Assembly: GCF_000281045.1 (NCBI RefSeq) | Contig: NW_008246127.1 | Location: 57,204 to 121,203 of the forward strand | Source of the DNA: Saprolegnia diclina VS20 | Taxonomy: Eukaryota | Direction: 5' to 3' | DNA length: 64,000 nt | Shown here: positions 12,547 to 24,963 of the stretch, in pieces | How the letters are laid out: each line of letters begins with the position of its first letter | Position numbering within the stretch: position 1 is the stretch's first letter | Notes under the pieces: model-generated | What the model saw: only the letters and a program-made list of their open reading frames with translations | What the model was told of the DNA's origin: nothing | Databases searched by the model: none | Made by a program: the position numbers and the translations under genes

Positions 12547-12912
12547 ATGATCCTCCCGCGCTACTCGGTCTTGATCCCGACGCTCGTCGTCCTCAGCTAC
12601 GGCGTGTACCAAGCCTGCCTTGAGCCTGCCCTTGGTGACGAGTGCACCACGGACGACGACACCGACGAAGCGGCCATTGACGTTCTGCCGCGCATCGTTG
12701 TCAAGGTTGTGCACACGGGCAAGTCGAGCCTCCGAAAGACGCGGAAAGCGAGACCCACCAAGCGCGTACACTTCCAACTACCGCTTACTTGCGATAATCA
12801 GCAAGACGACCACCGCCATCTCGGCAGCTGCAAAGACATGGTGCTTGCGCCGACCACGCGGCCTCGACGACATAGCACTGGTGCGATGACCGCCGGACCA
12901 CTCGTCGTGTAG
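12547..12912 (+). CDS. Hypothetical protein with an N-terminal hydrophobic segment and an RVxF-like motif; 3' end uncertain (may splice to about 13140)
   Basis: ORF with coding-like codon usage; MILPRYSVLIPTLVVLSYGVY; KSSLRK...KRVHF. Confidence 0.4.
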   Translation: MILPRYSVLIPTLVVLSYGVYQACLEPALGDECTTDDDTDEAAIDVLPRIVVKVVHTGKSSLRKTRKARPTKRVHFQLPLTCDNQQDDHRHLGSCKDMVLAPTTRPRRHSTGAMTAGPLVV

Positions 12913-13731
12913 GCCCGGTAGCCCATCTTAACATTAGTACTATTTATGATCCTTCCTTCCTGGGCTTCCATGGCAAGAGAGACATCAAGCCACAGATGCC
13001 TGAAGCTTGACCATCGAACGGACGGATCAGTTGAAGTTGGGGACGGGTACCAGGGGACGCCCATCTGGTCCGACCACGCGCGCGCTGTCGTCATCGACGA
13101 TTGGGAGGAAGAAGCCAATGGCAATGGTAGAGACAAATGACAATGAACTCCTTCGACGCGCTCCTCCCGGGCGTTCGCTCACAGCCCCTGCGATGGGGCT
13201 TTGGTATCTATCCACCCGTCCATGGTTGGCGACGAGCGCCAACGGACAGTCGAGTAACCCACGACGTGAACATCCGTGCAGTAACACATCTCCTTGAAGT
13301 TGCGTCGGCGAGATTCGAGCAGCCTCACGATTACCTCGCGCGACTGTTGGCAGCCAGGATACCGGTACTGTAGTCACGAGGGATTCTTGTTGGGTGGGCG
13401 AGCCTTTTGCACTGCACGAGTGAACTGCTTGGCAGATGCTAGCGTTTTGGTCCAGTCCACTCTGCGTTCGTGGAAGGACTGCCTCGGTCCACCTAGGCCG
13501 CAAATATCCTTCGCCCAACGAATGCGGATCAGCCGCGGCTCGTCGCACGCTTACCACCAACGTCGTGTTCGTTGTGACGTATCGGATGGCATCGCTCGTT
13601 CACGTAGTCGTTCACGTAGTCGTCGTTGGTGGCGCCCCGCACCCCGTGGGCCGTTGCTGTTGTGCGATTGGCTGGAATTTATTTATTTTTTGAAGAAAAA
13701 GAAACATGCCAAAGATTTGGAAGCCTGTGGC

Positions 13732-15743
13732 ATGCACAGCGAGAACCAGACCTTGTCGCCGCGCCACCGGCTCACGCTCCGCGGGGGCTGGGAGCACCGG
13801 CCGCGCATCGTGTCGTCGCAGCTGCACGAGAACCAGACCAACGGCGACAAGCCGGTGCGTGCCGTTGGCAGCGCAGCCTCGTCCTCATCCACGCTCGCTG
13901 GACATGTAGATCTACAAGGTTGGCATCTCGCTTGCGCAGATCTTAGACCGCAGCTACACGCTCGGCCGCTTTCGCCAAACCAAGATCATCTGTGCTATCG
14001 GTCCAAGCTGCTGGTCGACGGAAATGCTTGGGCGACTGCTCGACGCTGGCATGAACGTCGCACGCTTCAACTTCTCCCATGGCGACCACGCGCTGCATGC
14101 GCGGTCGCTGTCCAACCTGCGCGACGCGATGCAGATGCGCCCCGGGTGCCACTGTGCCGTGCTCCTCGATACCAAAGGCCCTGAAATCCGAACGGGTAAT
14201 TGCCGTCGTTGCCTGGAACGTTGTCGAAATCATCGTCGTATGTCGATTCTGTAGGGCTTTTGAAAGACCACACGCCCGTGCACCTCGTCTCGGGCCAGGA
14301 GCTCGTACTCGTGGCCGATGAGGCATTTCAGGACGGCGACGCGACGCGCATCGGATGCAATTACGCGCATCTCGCGACGTCCGTGTCACCCGGGTCCACG
14401 ATCCTCGTCGACGACGGCGGGCTCACGCTCAAAGTGCTGGCGTGCACAAGTGCAACCCAAGTCGTGACGCAAGTTCAAAACAGCTACGTGCTCGACGAGC
14501 GCAAAAATATGAATCTGCCCGGTACCTCTCGACTCGCGTGGTACTCTGGTTGTCTCACGACAACGTAGGGGCTGCACTGCGCATCCCAGGTATCACGACC
14601 AAGGACGAGCACGACCTACGCGAATTTGCAATCCCACAGCGCGTCGACATTGTCTCTGGTTCGTTTGTTCGGTCTGCTGCCAACGTCCGGTACGAGCATT
14701 CTAGTATTATTTGGACTGAGCTCTCGATAGTGCGATTCGAGCCTGTCTCGGGGACGCTGGCAAGTACATTCGCGTGCACGCCAAGATCGAGAGCCTCGAG
14801 GCGCTACGAAACATTGATGAGATCATTGCGGAAGCCGATGGCGTCCACGTCTCGCGCGGTGATCTCGGCATGGAGCTGGCCCCGGAGCAAGTTTTCATGG
14901 CGCAAAAACTCATTATTCGCAAAGCCAACCTCGCCAACAAGCCCGTCGTGACGTCAACGCAGGTGCGGGCGTTTGCATTTTCAATCGCTAACGCAACACA
15001 GATGCTCCAATCCATGACGAAGTGCCCGACGCCGTCCCGCGCAGAGTGCACAGACGTGGCCAACGCCGTCCTCGATGGAACAGACTGCGTCATGCTCTCT
15101 GGAGAGACAGCCAAAGGTCAATACCCGGTCGAGGCAGTCGCAACCATGGCACGCATTTGCATCGAAGCGGAAGGTAGCATTGTGTAGCAATTCCGCTTCA
15201 CGGTCGACGTAGGCTCGCTGCATTACCCGACGCTGTACACCAACCTGCGCGATGCGACGCCCAAGCCCATTAGCATATGTGAGGCCATGGCTTCGTCTGC
15301 CGTTGAGACGGCGATTGATATCCAGGCCAAGCTCATCGTGGCGCTTACCGACTCGGGCTACACTGCCAAATGCATCGCCAAATACCGGCCAGCGGCGCGC
15401 GTCCTGGCGGTGACGGCCGAGCCGTACGTCGCACGGCAACTCGCGGGTCTTTCACGGTACGAGCAAATCATGAAGGCAGTTGGTGGGAAAATGAATGTGC
15501 ACTAGCGGCATCACGTGCCTCAAAGTGGCTTCGATGAGCGGCACGGACGACCTCATCGACATTGCGATCGAGTACGCCAAGCGCCAGCGCTGGATCGCGA
15601 GCATGGACATCGTCGTCGTCTTGCATGGACTCGTCGAGGGTGCACCAGGGCGCACGAATGTGGTCAAGATCATCCAAGCCAACGACCACGGGTACGCGTC
15701 CCCGATGAACCATAGGTCGCCGGTCAGTGTCGCGTTTCCGTGA
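13732..15743 (+). CDS. PK: Pyruvate kinase (divergent isoform, about 7 introns)
   Basis: [80 protein letters not shown]; first intron 13855-13909 in phase 0. Confidence 0.93.
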
Positions 15744-16510
15744 AGTACTACCAAGGTCATAACCTTTACGGCCTTGTACTACGAAGCAGTGTTAGACAAA
15801 CTACTAATATTGCATGGGCGATTCATTTCTCTACCTTGTACCGAGTACGTCTACTGTTGACGCCAGAGCTGGTTCTTGAGAACCCCGCGAACTCGTTCGT
15901 CGACAGTGCATTGGCACTGGGCTTTATCTACTCTCTCCGACTAGAACTGCGTAGTCCTCGATTGCACTACATGCCATGTACAGCTTGAGCTGGTGCTACA
16001 GATGATGCTACACTGTGCACTTTCATCACGGCGGCCCGTTCGATTGGCGTCGTGTGTGCCATCATCAAGAACGTTTAGTACCCGACACGCACTAGTAGGT
16101 GCGACGACGTGTCGGAAACATAAAGCAGAGGAGGCGGCGTGGAGTCATCGTCGTCGGAGGCTACTGCAACCGAATCAACGAGCGTGGGACGATGTTGGCA
16201 CATGGAGCCGTTGGCGTCGCGCTGTTTACTCATGGCTTACCGCGTCGACATTACCACCGCCCTCAATTCGGACAAGTCCGATTTTCAGTTCAGACAGTAC
16301 GTGATTGGTGCGCCGAAATTTAAACGCACCAATCCCACAATCGAACGTGGTATCTTGGCCTCCATTCTCGCGTGGCGCCACGACGGAGGGGGCACGGTGA
16401 CCTAATTAGCGCAGTGGTGGTATGTTGCCACCGCTTCGAAGGTCGCACGAAACATGTGGTGTGTCACGTCGCCTGTGTGGCCATCGTGGACAGTGCACGG
16501 TTTGCTCAAG

Positions 16511-16525
16511 TTCACTTTACAATTT
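16511..16525 (+). promoter_or_regulatory. Oomycete INR+FPR core promoter element
   Basis: TTCACTTTACAATTT fits the YCAYTYYNCAWTTY pattern and lies about 20-35 nt upstream of ATG 16546. Confidence 0.6.
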
Positions 16526-16545
16526 CCTTCGAAACCAAAACGACG

Positions 16546-16977
16546 ATGACTACAGCCATGATGCCAGCCACGACGCCGTTGTGGCACCGCCCGCTCAACG
16601 TCGTCCTTCTACCCTCCATGCTCTGCGCACCAGCGCCGACGCGCCTTCCCGGTATCGAAGCGCTCTTGCACCCGACGACGCCGAGCCCAACGACGACGAG
16701 CCCAACGTCAACACGATCACCGCGCTGGCGCCACTCCAAATACTGCACGGTCGAGGGTTGCGAACGCGTCTCGCAGCGCAACGGTCTCTGCCACCGTCAC
16801 GGCGGGAAGCGCACGTGCAAGGATGTGTCGTGCAACGCAAAGGACCGCGGGAACGGCTACTGCATCAAGCACGGCGGTGGTCGGCCCTGTGATGTCGCTC
16901 AGTGCACAAAGAAGGCTCGCCGTCAAGGCTTGTGCACACAGCACCACCGCATGGTGCTGGTCAAGGACGCGTGCTAG
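16546..16977 (+). CDS. WRKY19-like Cys/His (Cx4Cx9Cx2HGG) repeat putative transcription factor, copy 1
   Basis: CTVEGCERVSQRNGLCHRHGG / CKDVSCNAKDRGNGYCIKHGGG / CDVAQCTKKARRQGLCTQH; intronless. Confidence 0.85.
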   Translation: MTTAMMPATTPLWHRPLNVVLLPSMLCAPAPTRLPGIEALLHPTTPSPTTTSPTSTRSPRWRHSKYCTVEGCERVSQRNGLCHRHGGKRTCKDVSCNAKDRGNGYCIKHGGGRPCDVAQCTKKARRQGLCTQHHRMVLVKDAC

Positions 16978-18676
16978 GTCCTGAGAATGCAAGAGCTTAT
17001 TTAAAACAAGAAGAAACCCATGTCGTTACCATCCCGGTTTGTCGAGCGTTGTATGATGCTACGCCTCGTCGTACGTTCAACCACTGAGCTCGTATACTAG
17101 AGAAAGCCAGAGAATTCTCGTCGGCAAAATGTCCTGGCCGTCCGCAATCATCACACAGAGGGCCCATTTAGCTGCCCGAACTTGGCACTGCGTGGGTCCA
17201 CCCGACTTTATGGTGCAGAGGCAAGTTATGTCCAGCACCAGGGGACAGGACGCGCATTATCAATCGCTCGTGCCAGCACTCACAGCAAAAAGACAACGAA
17301 ACCACTGCATACCCAACATCGTCGCAAAGGTACTTTCGGCTTCGTTCGCGGTGCTGCTGCGACGTGCGAACGTACGTCAAGCAATCAAAAGCCCAGTCGC
17401 TTCGTGGTCCGAGCTGCAGGGCTCGGCGCCCCGAGTCGTTGTCGTTGGCCCAGCCCCATCTCTTAAAATGAGTGCATGCACTCTCCACCTAGTACGTGAC
17501 TAGCTCGTCGTATTGACTACGTATACGCGTACGTCGTCGTCGTTGTCGTCGATGGCTTCTCCCAATCACATGGAGCTCCGCGTCGTCGAAGCGCCCAACA
17601 CGAACCTCAACCATTGTTCTTGCAAATACGACGTGCAGTATCTGCTACGAAGTATTTGTGGTCGGTGTTGCATCGCTCCTAGACACGGAGAGCCATTTTT
17701 ATTGTCATTGGGAGCCCCAATGTCACCGCGTCTTGTCCACTAGGAGCGAGTGAAGCATCAAAATTCGTTGCTTTTCTCGTTTCGCAACTTGGATTGCTCC
17801 CTTTTGCGACGTAGGGCGACGCTGCACCCAAGAATGCACCTGATGCACTAATCGCAACTGATGATGCATCGGATTCTTGAAGCGGCCGTACCACGTCGGC
17901 ATTATTTAGCGCTGCGAGGAGACTTTGTCACCAAATTTTAGCAGGCAGTGGTGCACAGGTGGCATGGAGCTCATCTTTTGTTTGGCCAAGCAAGGCTTCC
18001 GTCCATCTCAGTTATCGAGGTACATACAGCCGTAGCCAGAACTTGTCCTCTCAACACGGCGGCGGCTTGGCAGCGCGTAATGACGTCGCATCGTTTAGTT
18101 TACAGTACCGCGCAGGTCCTGGAGGAATCAAATTCCGGGTCCCCACCACGTGTCGCAGAGAAAAAAACGATCTTTTTTTCTGGTGTACTAAACGACGACG
18201 CGGCGTTCGGCAGCCGGTGTCCCAGTGACCGCTACAGAATAGGCCTGCAGCTGCGACCACGTTTCTCGAGTCGTCTCGACATTCGCCAGCATTCACGACG
18301 AACTCGCTGCAGAACGACCGCCTCTCCTCTTCGCGATGAGCAATCCTGCTCGTCGTCCAGCAGAGTGTGATCTGCCGACAGCGGCTTACCGCAGCGCCGT
18401 ACCACGGCGTGGATCATCTCATCCAGGATGACGTGGGGAAGGGCCTACTCTGCAACGTAAACAATGGCCATGGAATAAACCCCCAGCCATCTGGTTTACA
18501 TCCCGGATCTACTTCATACAAAGCTAGTATGGATGCGGTACGGCGCGCTCATGATAACCTGAACAGCTGCTTTCGCCGTGAGAGTAGGATGATGCGCAGG
18601 TAATATTCGCTTCGATCTTCTTTCCAAGACGAGTCTGCATTTCGAGATTGGCGCCCAAACGACCAACACAAGCACG

Positions 18677-19159
18677 ATGATGTACCACCACTACTCGGAG
18701 GCGCCCTACTATGCCACCGCACCGCTGCCCGCGCACCCGCGAGACATGGTGCTCCTGCCGTCGATGCTCTTCCGCGACCATCTCGTGTCATCCCCGCCCT
18801 TTGAACAGTCACGTCGTGCGCCAACGACGTTTGCACTTCCGTCGATCAAGAGCCTTCTGTCCGAGCCCAGCATTGCCCCTGTCGAGGCAACGCCGGTGGT
18901 GCCGACCAAGCCGCGCTGGCGTCCGTCCAAGTACTGCACGGTCGAGGGCTGCGAGCGCGTTTCGCAGCGCAACGGCCTCTGCCACCGTCACGGCGGGAAG
19001 CGATCGTGCAAGGACCCGTCGTGCAATGCCAAGGACCGTGGGAACGGCTACTGCATCAAACATGGCGGCGGCCGCCCTTGTGACGTGGCCCACTGCGGCA
19101 AGAAGGCGCGGCGCCAAGGCATGTGCACGCAGCATTTTCGCCTCGTGAACACGCCGTAG
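18677..19159 (+). CDS. WRKY19-like Cys/His repeat putative transcription factor, copy 2 (tandem paralog)
   Basis: Repeat core nearly identical to 16546-16977; shares VLLPSML and LPxI..LL motifs. Confidence 0.85.
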   Translation: MMYHHYSEAPYYATAPLPAHPRDMVLLPSMLFRDHLVSSPPFEQSRRAPTTFALPSIKSLLSEPSIAPVEATPVVPTKPRWRPSKYCTVEGCERVSQRNGLCHRHGGKRSCKDPSCNAKDRGNGYCIKHGGGRPCDVAHCGKKARRQGMCTQHFRLVNTP

Positions 19160-19624
19160 AAGACTTGGCGCGCACTGTACATTACCACTAGTTCTATAGG
19201 CTTTCCTATGGTAGCTCGATTATTTAAGAAGCCGTTCGTCGGGCCACAATCGTATAGCCGATGATTCCAGACTTGTAGTGTCCAAGATGATTCCTACTAC
19301 CTGCCTACATGGTTCAGGGCAGTTGCGTCGGAAGTTCAGAAGCCATGGGTCGCTGTGACCGTACACCTACCCTCCAACGATCCAGCGTACCATCATCCTA
19401 TCCAGCGCCCCAGCTGGGTCGTCCGCCGGTGTGATCACACAACATCGTGCGCGTGACAGACACCCGTTTGCGCAGTTCGACCCGCAGACGAAGCTGTGCA
19501 GAAACGACGTTCTTGATTATTGCTACTACACACGTGGGTGCTTCGTGATCACGGTGCTCCGTCGCGTCGATGCCAACGCGGTTGCATATTGGTCCAGGGC
19601 CCAGCGTGAGCAACGACTGCATCA

Positions 19625-21323
19625 TCAGGCACCGACGTGCGCCCGCAACTCCGACGGCGCCACGTAGGACACATTCATGCTGGGACGGTGCAGCACTTCC
19701 AGGAGCCCCTCGGTCGCGAACCGCTTTCCGACTACGATGCGCCACGTGTACCCAATGAGCTCGGCCTCCGTGAGCTTGACGCCCGGGCGCTCGGTCCAAC
19801 GGTCATCAAGCATCACGTCGTCCGGCAACGCAGCCGCGAGGTCCGTGGCGACCGCCGTTGCCGCCGACTCGGTGTCCTTGCCGACACCGATGACGACGGC
19901 CTTGTACGGCGCGATGGCGTCCGGCCACACGATGCCGTGCTTGTCATGAAGGCTCTCGACGGATGCGGCCATGAGGCGCGTGACGCCCATGCCGTAGCAG
20001 CCCATGTCCATGTTCTGCGCCTTTCCGTGCGCGTCGAGGTACGTCGCACCGAGCGCCTTGGAGTACTTGTCCCCAAGGTAAAACACATGTCTACCAGACA
20101 AGCGTCATGAATGACATCAACCGGCGTTCGTACCCGACTTCGATGCCCCGTTTCTCGACGAGCTTGCCGTGCTCGCAACACGGGCACCCATCGTGCTCTT
20201 TGGCCAATCGAAAGTGACCCGAGATGGCGTTCTGGGCCGCGAGGAAGTCGGCGAGACCGCCCGACGGCGCAACGCCGGCGTCGACAAAGATGGAAGGGGA
20301 CGGCAGCGCCAGCGCGCACTCGACATGACCCGGCTTGACTTCGACAAGACCATCGACGTCGTCAATATGGTCCTTGAGCGAGAGCGGGTTCACCTCGCGA
20401 CCTTCCGGCGTCAAGATGACAACGAGCTGTGTCTTGTTCTCGGCCAGGAAGAGCGTCGGAGTGTAGCCATGTGCCGACGCCACGAGGTCACCTAGCGACG
20501 CGATCGGCGCCGAAATGCTCGACGCTGGCAGCACACCGCGCGCCTTCTCGACGTTGGCCGCGTACGTGCACGACGAGCACGACAGGAGCGCGTCCTCGCC
20601 AAAGCCCGAGAGCACGTGGAACTCGTGCGAGAGGCTGCCACCAATGTTGCCCGTGTCGGCTTCGACCTGCGCAATCGGCAGCTGAAGCTTTGCCAGGATC
20701 TTGTGGTAAGCGTCCACCATGAGGTGGTACGTCGTCTCGGCGCCGGCGCGGTCAACGTCAAATGTGTAGGCGTCCTTCATCACAAACTCCTTGGCGCGAA
20801 GGAGGCCAAATCGCGGCCGGATCTCGTCACGGTACTTGCGCCCGATCTGGTACAGGCGCAACGGCAGAAGCTTGGGCGACGAGACGGTCGAGGCAACGAG
20901 CGATGTGAACACCTCTTCGTGCGTCGGGCCAAGGCAGTGGGCGACGTCGCGACGGTCCGTCACGCGGAAGAGCTCTGGACCGCTCGATTCCCACCGACCG
21001 GTTTCCTGCCACAGATCGGCCGTGAGGAGGCAGGGCATACTCAGCTTCGAGCACTTGATCGCATGCATGTGCGTGTCGATGATGGCTTCAAGCTTCGCGA
21101 GCGACCGGCCTGCAAGCGGCAGCATCATGTAGATGCCGTTCGATGTTTTGCGGATGAAGCCGGCGCGGACCAGCAGCTGATGGCTGGGGATGGCTGCGTC
21201 GGCCGGAATCTCCTTCGTCGTCGGAATGAACGTGGCACTGCGGAGAGCAAGTGCTGGCGCTGTCGAGAGCGAGCGCGCGGACGTCAAGGCGCGGCCAGGG
21301 AGGCGATGGACGCTGCGCCACAT
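19625..21323 (-). CDS. Prolyl-tRNA synthetase, bacterial-type, mitochondrial (1 intron near 20092-20131)
   Basis: Presequence MWRSVHRLPGRALTSARSLST; SHQLLVRAGFIR, LGPTHEEVFT, YQIGRKYRDEIRPRFGLLRAKEFVMKDAY, GIEVG|HVFYLGDKYS, MGCYGMGVTRL; anticodon domain LDDR...PGVKLTEAELIG. Confidence 0.93.
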
Positions 21324-21456
21324 GCCACCGATCTTGACCACGAACCGAAAAGACGCTCGGTGTCGAACACTTATCCGGATGACACTCATATCCGGATAAT
21401 GGATATCAAACGAGCAACTCTACTTCTCAAAAACAAGCCTTCGATTGTACTTGGGG

Positions 21457-24400
21457 CTACCAAACCGCGCCCATTTCGTGTTCAAAGAGTGCTGCCTTGA
21501 GCTGTGCAATCTCTTGGGCGGCGTTGGTCGCAATCACGCGCAGTTGGTCCTCTAACACTCGCACCCGCACCCCGAGCACGTTATTGTCGTCAGTCGAAGG
21601 TGGGCTTGACAGTGTCGCTGGGGTCTCCGTGTTGACGGCTTTGTCTGCGCGTGCCACGATGGCTGGCAAAAACGGCTTTGGCGGTGGGGGTTGATCCCGA
21701 ATGCTGTCGCTGGAGGCCTCGCCGTTGGCCTGTCGAGGTGGTCGTAATGGTGGAACCATCGGTTTGGTCGCCATCGTCCGCGCCGAGTCTAGTCCTGGTT
21801 GATGGGCACGGGCGGATGCGATATGGTATCTAGAACCTCATACTGTTATCGGACGTGAACAAGACAATGTTGTAGTACGTGGCTTGCTCCTTCAAAAAGG
21901 CGTTTTCGAGACGCAGGCGAAAAATCTCGGCCTACACGACGCGTCATTTCTCATCGGCGCTCAAGGCCGCGCACATGAACATTCGGGCCAATTGAGTTGG
22001 CCTTGGCTTCGGCAAGCTTGGTGTCGACGAGCTTCTCGAGCTTGGCGATGACGCTCTCTTGCGTACTAATGGTTTGCTAGCGAGCTATGAGCCCTGCGAC
22101 TTTCGTCATCAAGTCACCTTACCTTGTACACGCTAATTTTTTGCATTTCGCGCTGGGATTTCTGAACGTAGGCTGCTTGTGCGACGTGGGCAGCTTCCAT
22201 TTCGCGGTGCTTGGTCTATCGCAGCGTAAAGCCGACTGTGTGAGGTAGCGAGGACCTGGACGGCCAAGAGCTCGGCTTCAAAATTGCGGCAAGCGAGAAG
22301 CTTCTGCGTGAGGTCGCGATGGCTTTGGTCGAGGTCGTTGTACTTGGTTTGGAGCTTCCGGTAGTGCTGCGCTAGCAACGGCATGTTGCTGGTCGTGAGG
22401 CGGTTGCCTTCCAAGCATAGCTGCAGCTCCTACGAACGAAAAGCCATGAATGCGACCCCACCTTCTGATACGACTCTTTGTCCACCTCTTGTTGGCGCTG
22501 CTCGAGGGCTTCGTAATTGTTGATTTTGACCTGAAGCGTCTGCAGTAGCTGGTCCTTCCTTTGCAGCGTTTTCTACGAGTCATCGTGAGCTGACATGAAG
22601 TGCCACGTTTCCAGAGACTCGAAGATCTACGATTTCCGTGCCGCAGGTTCGAAGTGCTTGCGTCCGCTTGTCCATCTCCACGTGCAACTACATACTTTCG
22701 TTCTCGACGATACGATGCAACAATAAAACCTTCTCGATGGTGGCCTGCTTGGACCGTAGCTCCGTCGATAGCGTTTGCAGTTGATCTCGCATGTCGTCAC
22801 GCGGTGTTGCGACCAGCGGCGGCGGCCCACTATCGCTCAGTGGAACTTTCTCTGACAAGTGGTCGAGGGGAGCGAGCTCCAAGATGCGAGGCTCTGGTAT
22901 CCTGGTCTCGATAGCGCCGTCTCGGAAGAGCGACGCCACGACGCCAGAGATGCCTCCGGTGTCAACAACTGACGAAATCGGGTGGCGGTTGAGGCCTCTT
23001 GCGATCGCGCCCATCCACGCGTGTGTCTTGAGGATCGTTCGATTTGTGCACATGACGCGCTCGCTTCGAAAGGAGTCGTCACTGGTCCAAATACGGAGCG
23101 ATGCTAGCCACGGAGTGTTGGCATGCGTGCTAGAAGCAGCTGCAGTACCGCGCAGGACGAGCGAGTAGGGCGCCGAGTGCATTTGAAGCGGAATGCCCAC
23201 TGTGGTTTTCGCCTCGGACGAGGTTGCTCGCGGAGGCGACACAGTGACCGGAAGACTGCCTCCGACACATACCATCTATCCAAGCTTGCAGTGTCAAAAC
23301 AAGTATTGATGACGTACCTCGCCCTTAAGATTTGGTGCGTACACCGAGCACTGGATCCGGAGTGCCAGCGTCGCACAATCAAACGTTATTGGGTACTGCC
23401 AGTGGTACGCACTGGCGTCCCAGCGACCTCCGGGGGTGAGGCGCCATGAAATAGGCTGCCAACTTCGTAGGGCATCGGCGGAATCAACGACGGGCGCTGG
23501 CTACTGGCACGTGAGCTCGAGTCGGGATATTGACGCACGTACGAGCGGCGCATCGACGGTCCTTGCCGTTCCCGCGGCACCAGCGTCCAAAATCTCGAGT
23601 CGGAGCCTCGTCTTGTCGTCAACGAGGCTTGGGTGCATTGCATTTGACCCAATGCTCTCCAACGTTAGTTCGGCCCGGTGCAGAGGAGGCCTCCTAGCAA
23701 CCGATTGTTTGGAAGCTCATATCGGAAGATCAAGACGACGCACAGCAAGTGGGTTCGAAAAAACGTCACCAGGAGGCTCGCCGACGCGGCGAACGCGCTC
23801 GATGCTGGCGGCAGTTGCAGCTCCATCGACGCCTCCGAGTCCAACGGAAGATACTCGACGGGCATGGCTACTGCCGCGAGAAGCATATCTTGGCCATCAA
23901 GACTCTTGGCGATGATCTCGAGCACGACACCCCACACACCGCGGGTGCGCACACTGGACGGGACGTTGGCGGCAATCATCTCGTTGTAGATGGGCGATGC
24001 GCTCTAAGAACGTAGCATGAACGCCTTGTTGCTCCTCGCTGCGCTACCTGCTCGACAACGCGTGTTGCGCCGAACGGGGTGTAGAGCCCATCGTAGACCC
24101 GACGCTCGCCCGCGGGGCAGGTCCAAAACTCACAGGCCGTCGCTACGTCCAGCCGCCGAGTCGGTCGCAGCACGACAAATGTCGTCGGGGTAGGGTGTCC
24201 GAGGTGCTCGAATCCACGCCCGTAGTGTACAACAGCAAAGACGTTGTCGGTTGTCGCCGATGCACTAAACGGTCTAGCCACATTCGTCAATGCCACTGTT
24301 GGTTGCAGCGACTATACCGCGTTGTGGCTTTGATATCCTGCGGCGTCGTGCAAAACTCGGGACGAAACACCGCCGTGTCGGCGCTGGACAAGTCGAGCAC

Positions 24401-24670
24401 CGGCGGCGCGATGGACGTGCACCGGGGCAAGGCTTCGAGTTTGGACGGAAGCTGAATTTCCGAGTTTCGGCGTCCGACAAGAGGAGGGGATATCTCGGCG
24501 ACCGAGTTGCTTCGACTGCCCTCTGCAACTATAGGTGGAGTGTCGATAGATGGGCGGCGGGATCCATTGGAAGCCACTGGCGGGGGCGTCGGAGGCGGAC
24601 CAGCCATTCGATTCGAGCGGTCCCTCGAAGGGTTGTCTGCCCCCGTGGTCAAGAGAGACGGCTCACTCAT
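21457..24670 (-). CDS. Multi-exon coiled-coil protein with a CCDC33-like C-terminus; 5' end and exon structure uncertain
   Basis: Minus-strand exons end ...AAYVQKSQREMQKISVYK|QTISTQESVIAKLEKLV...RVRVLEDQLRVIATNAAQEIAQLKAALFEHEM; Pro-rich N-terminal ORF from 24670. Confidence 0.55.
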
Positions 24671-24963
24671 GCTGTAATGACGCGTTGGTCTTGAGCCAAG
24701 AGGACAGGCATGCAGCGCCAGGTACAGCTCGGTCAATCTAGCCGTTTTAGCAATAACGCCAGCTTGTGTTGAATTAACCAAACTTTATGAAACACTATGC
24801 CTGCGATAGCGTGTATCCTGGATGGCGGCGTAAATATGCATATTTGAAAAATGAGCCATGGGTGTCCTTGCGAGCATGACTTGTCACTCCGTGCCATGCG
24901 CACGTTCACGACCTTTCGATCAAGCCATGCACCGATACTAGTGTATTGGTCGAGGCGACATAA

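Noticed and set aside
13137..13700. Short ORFs and a CGTTCACGTAGT tandem repeat upstream of pyruvate kinase (RSRSRSRS in one frame)
   Set aside because: No recognisable motifs or consistent splice model; the repeat has only about two copies
20200..20560. Shortened, degenerate insertion (editing) domain in ProRS
   Set aside because: Degenerate INS domains are usual in mitochondrial ProRS; not novel
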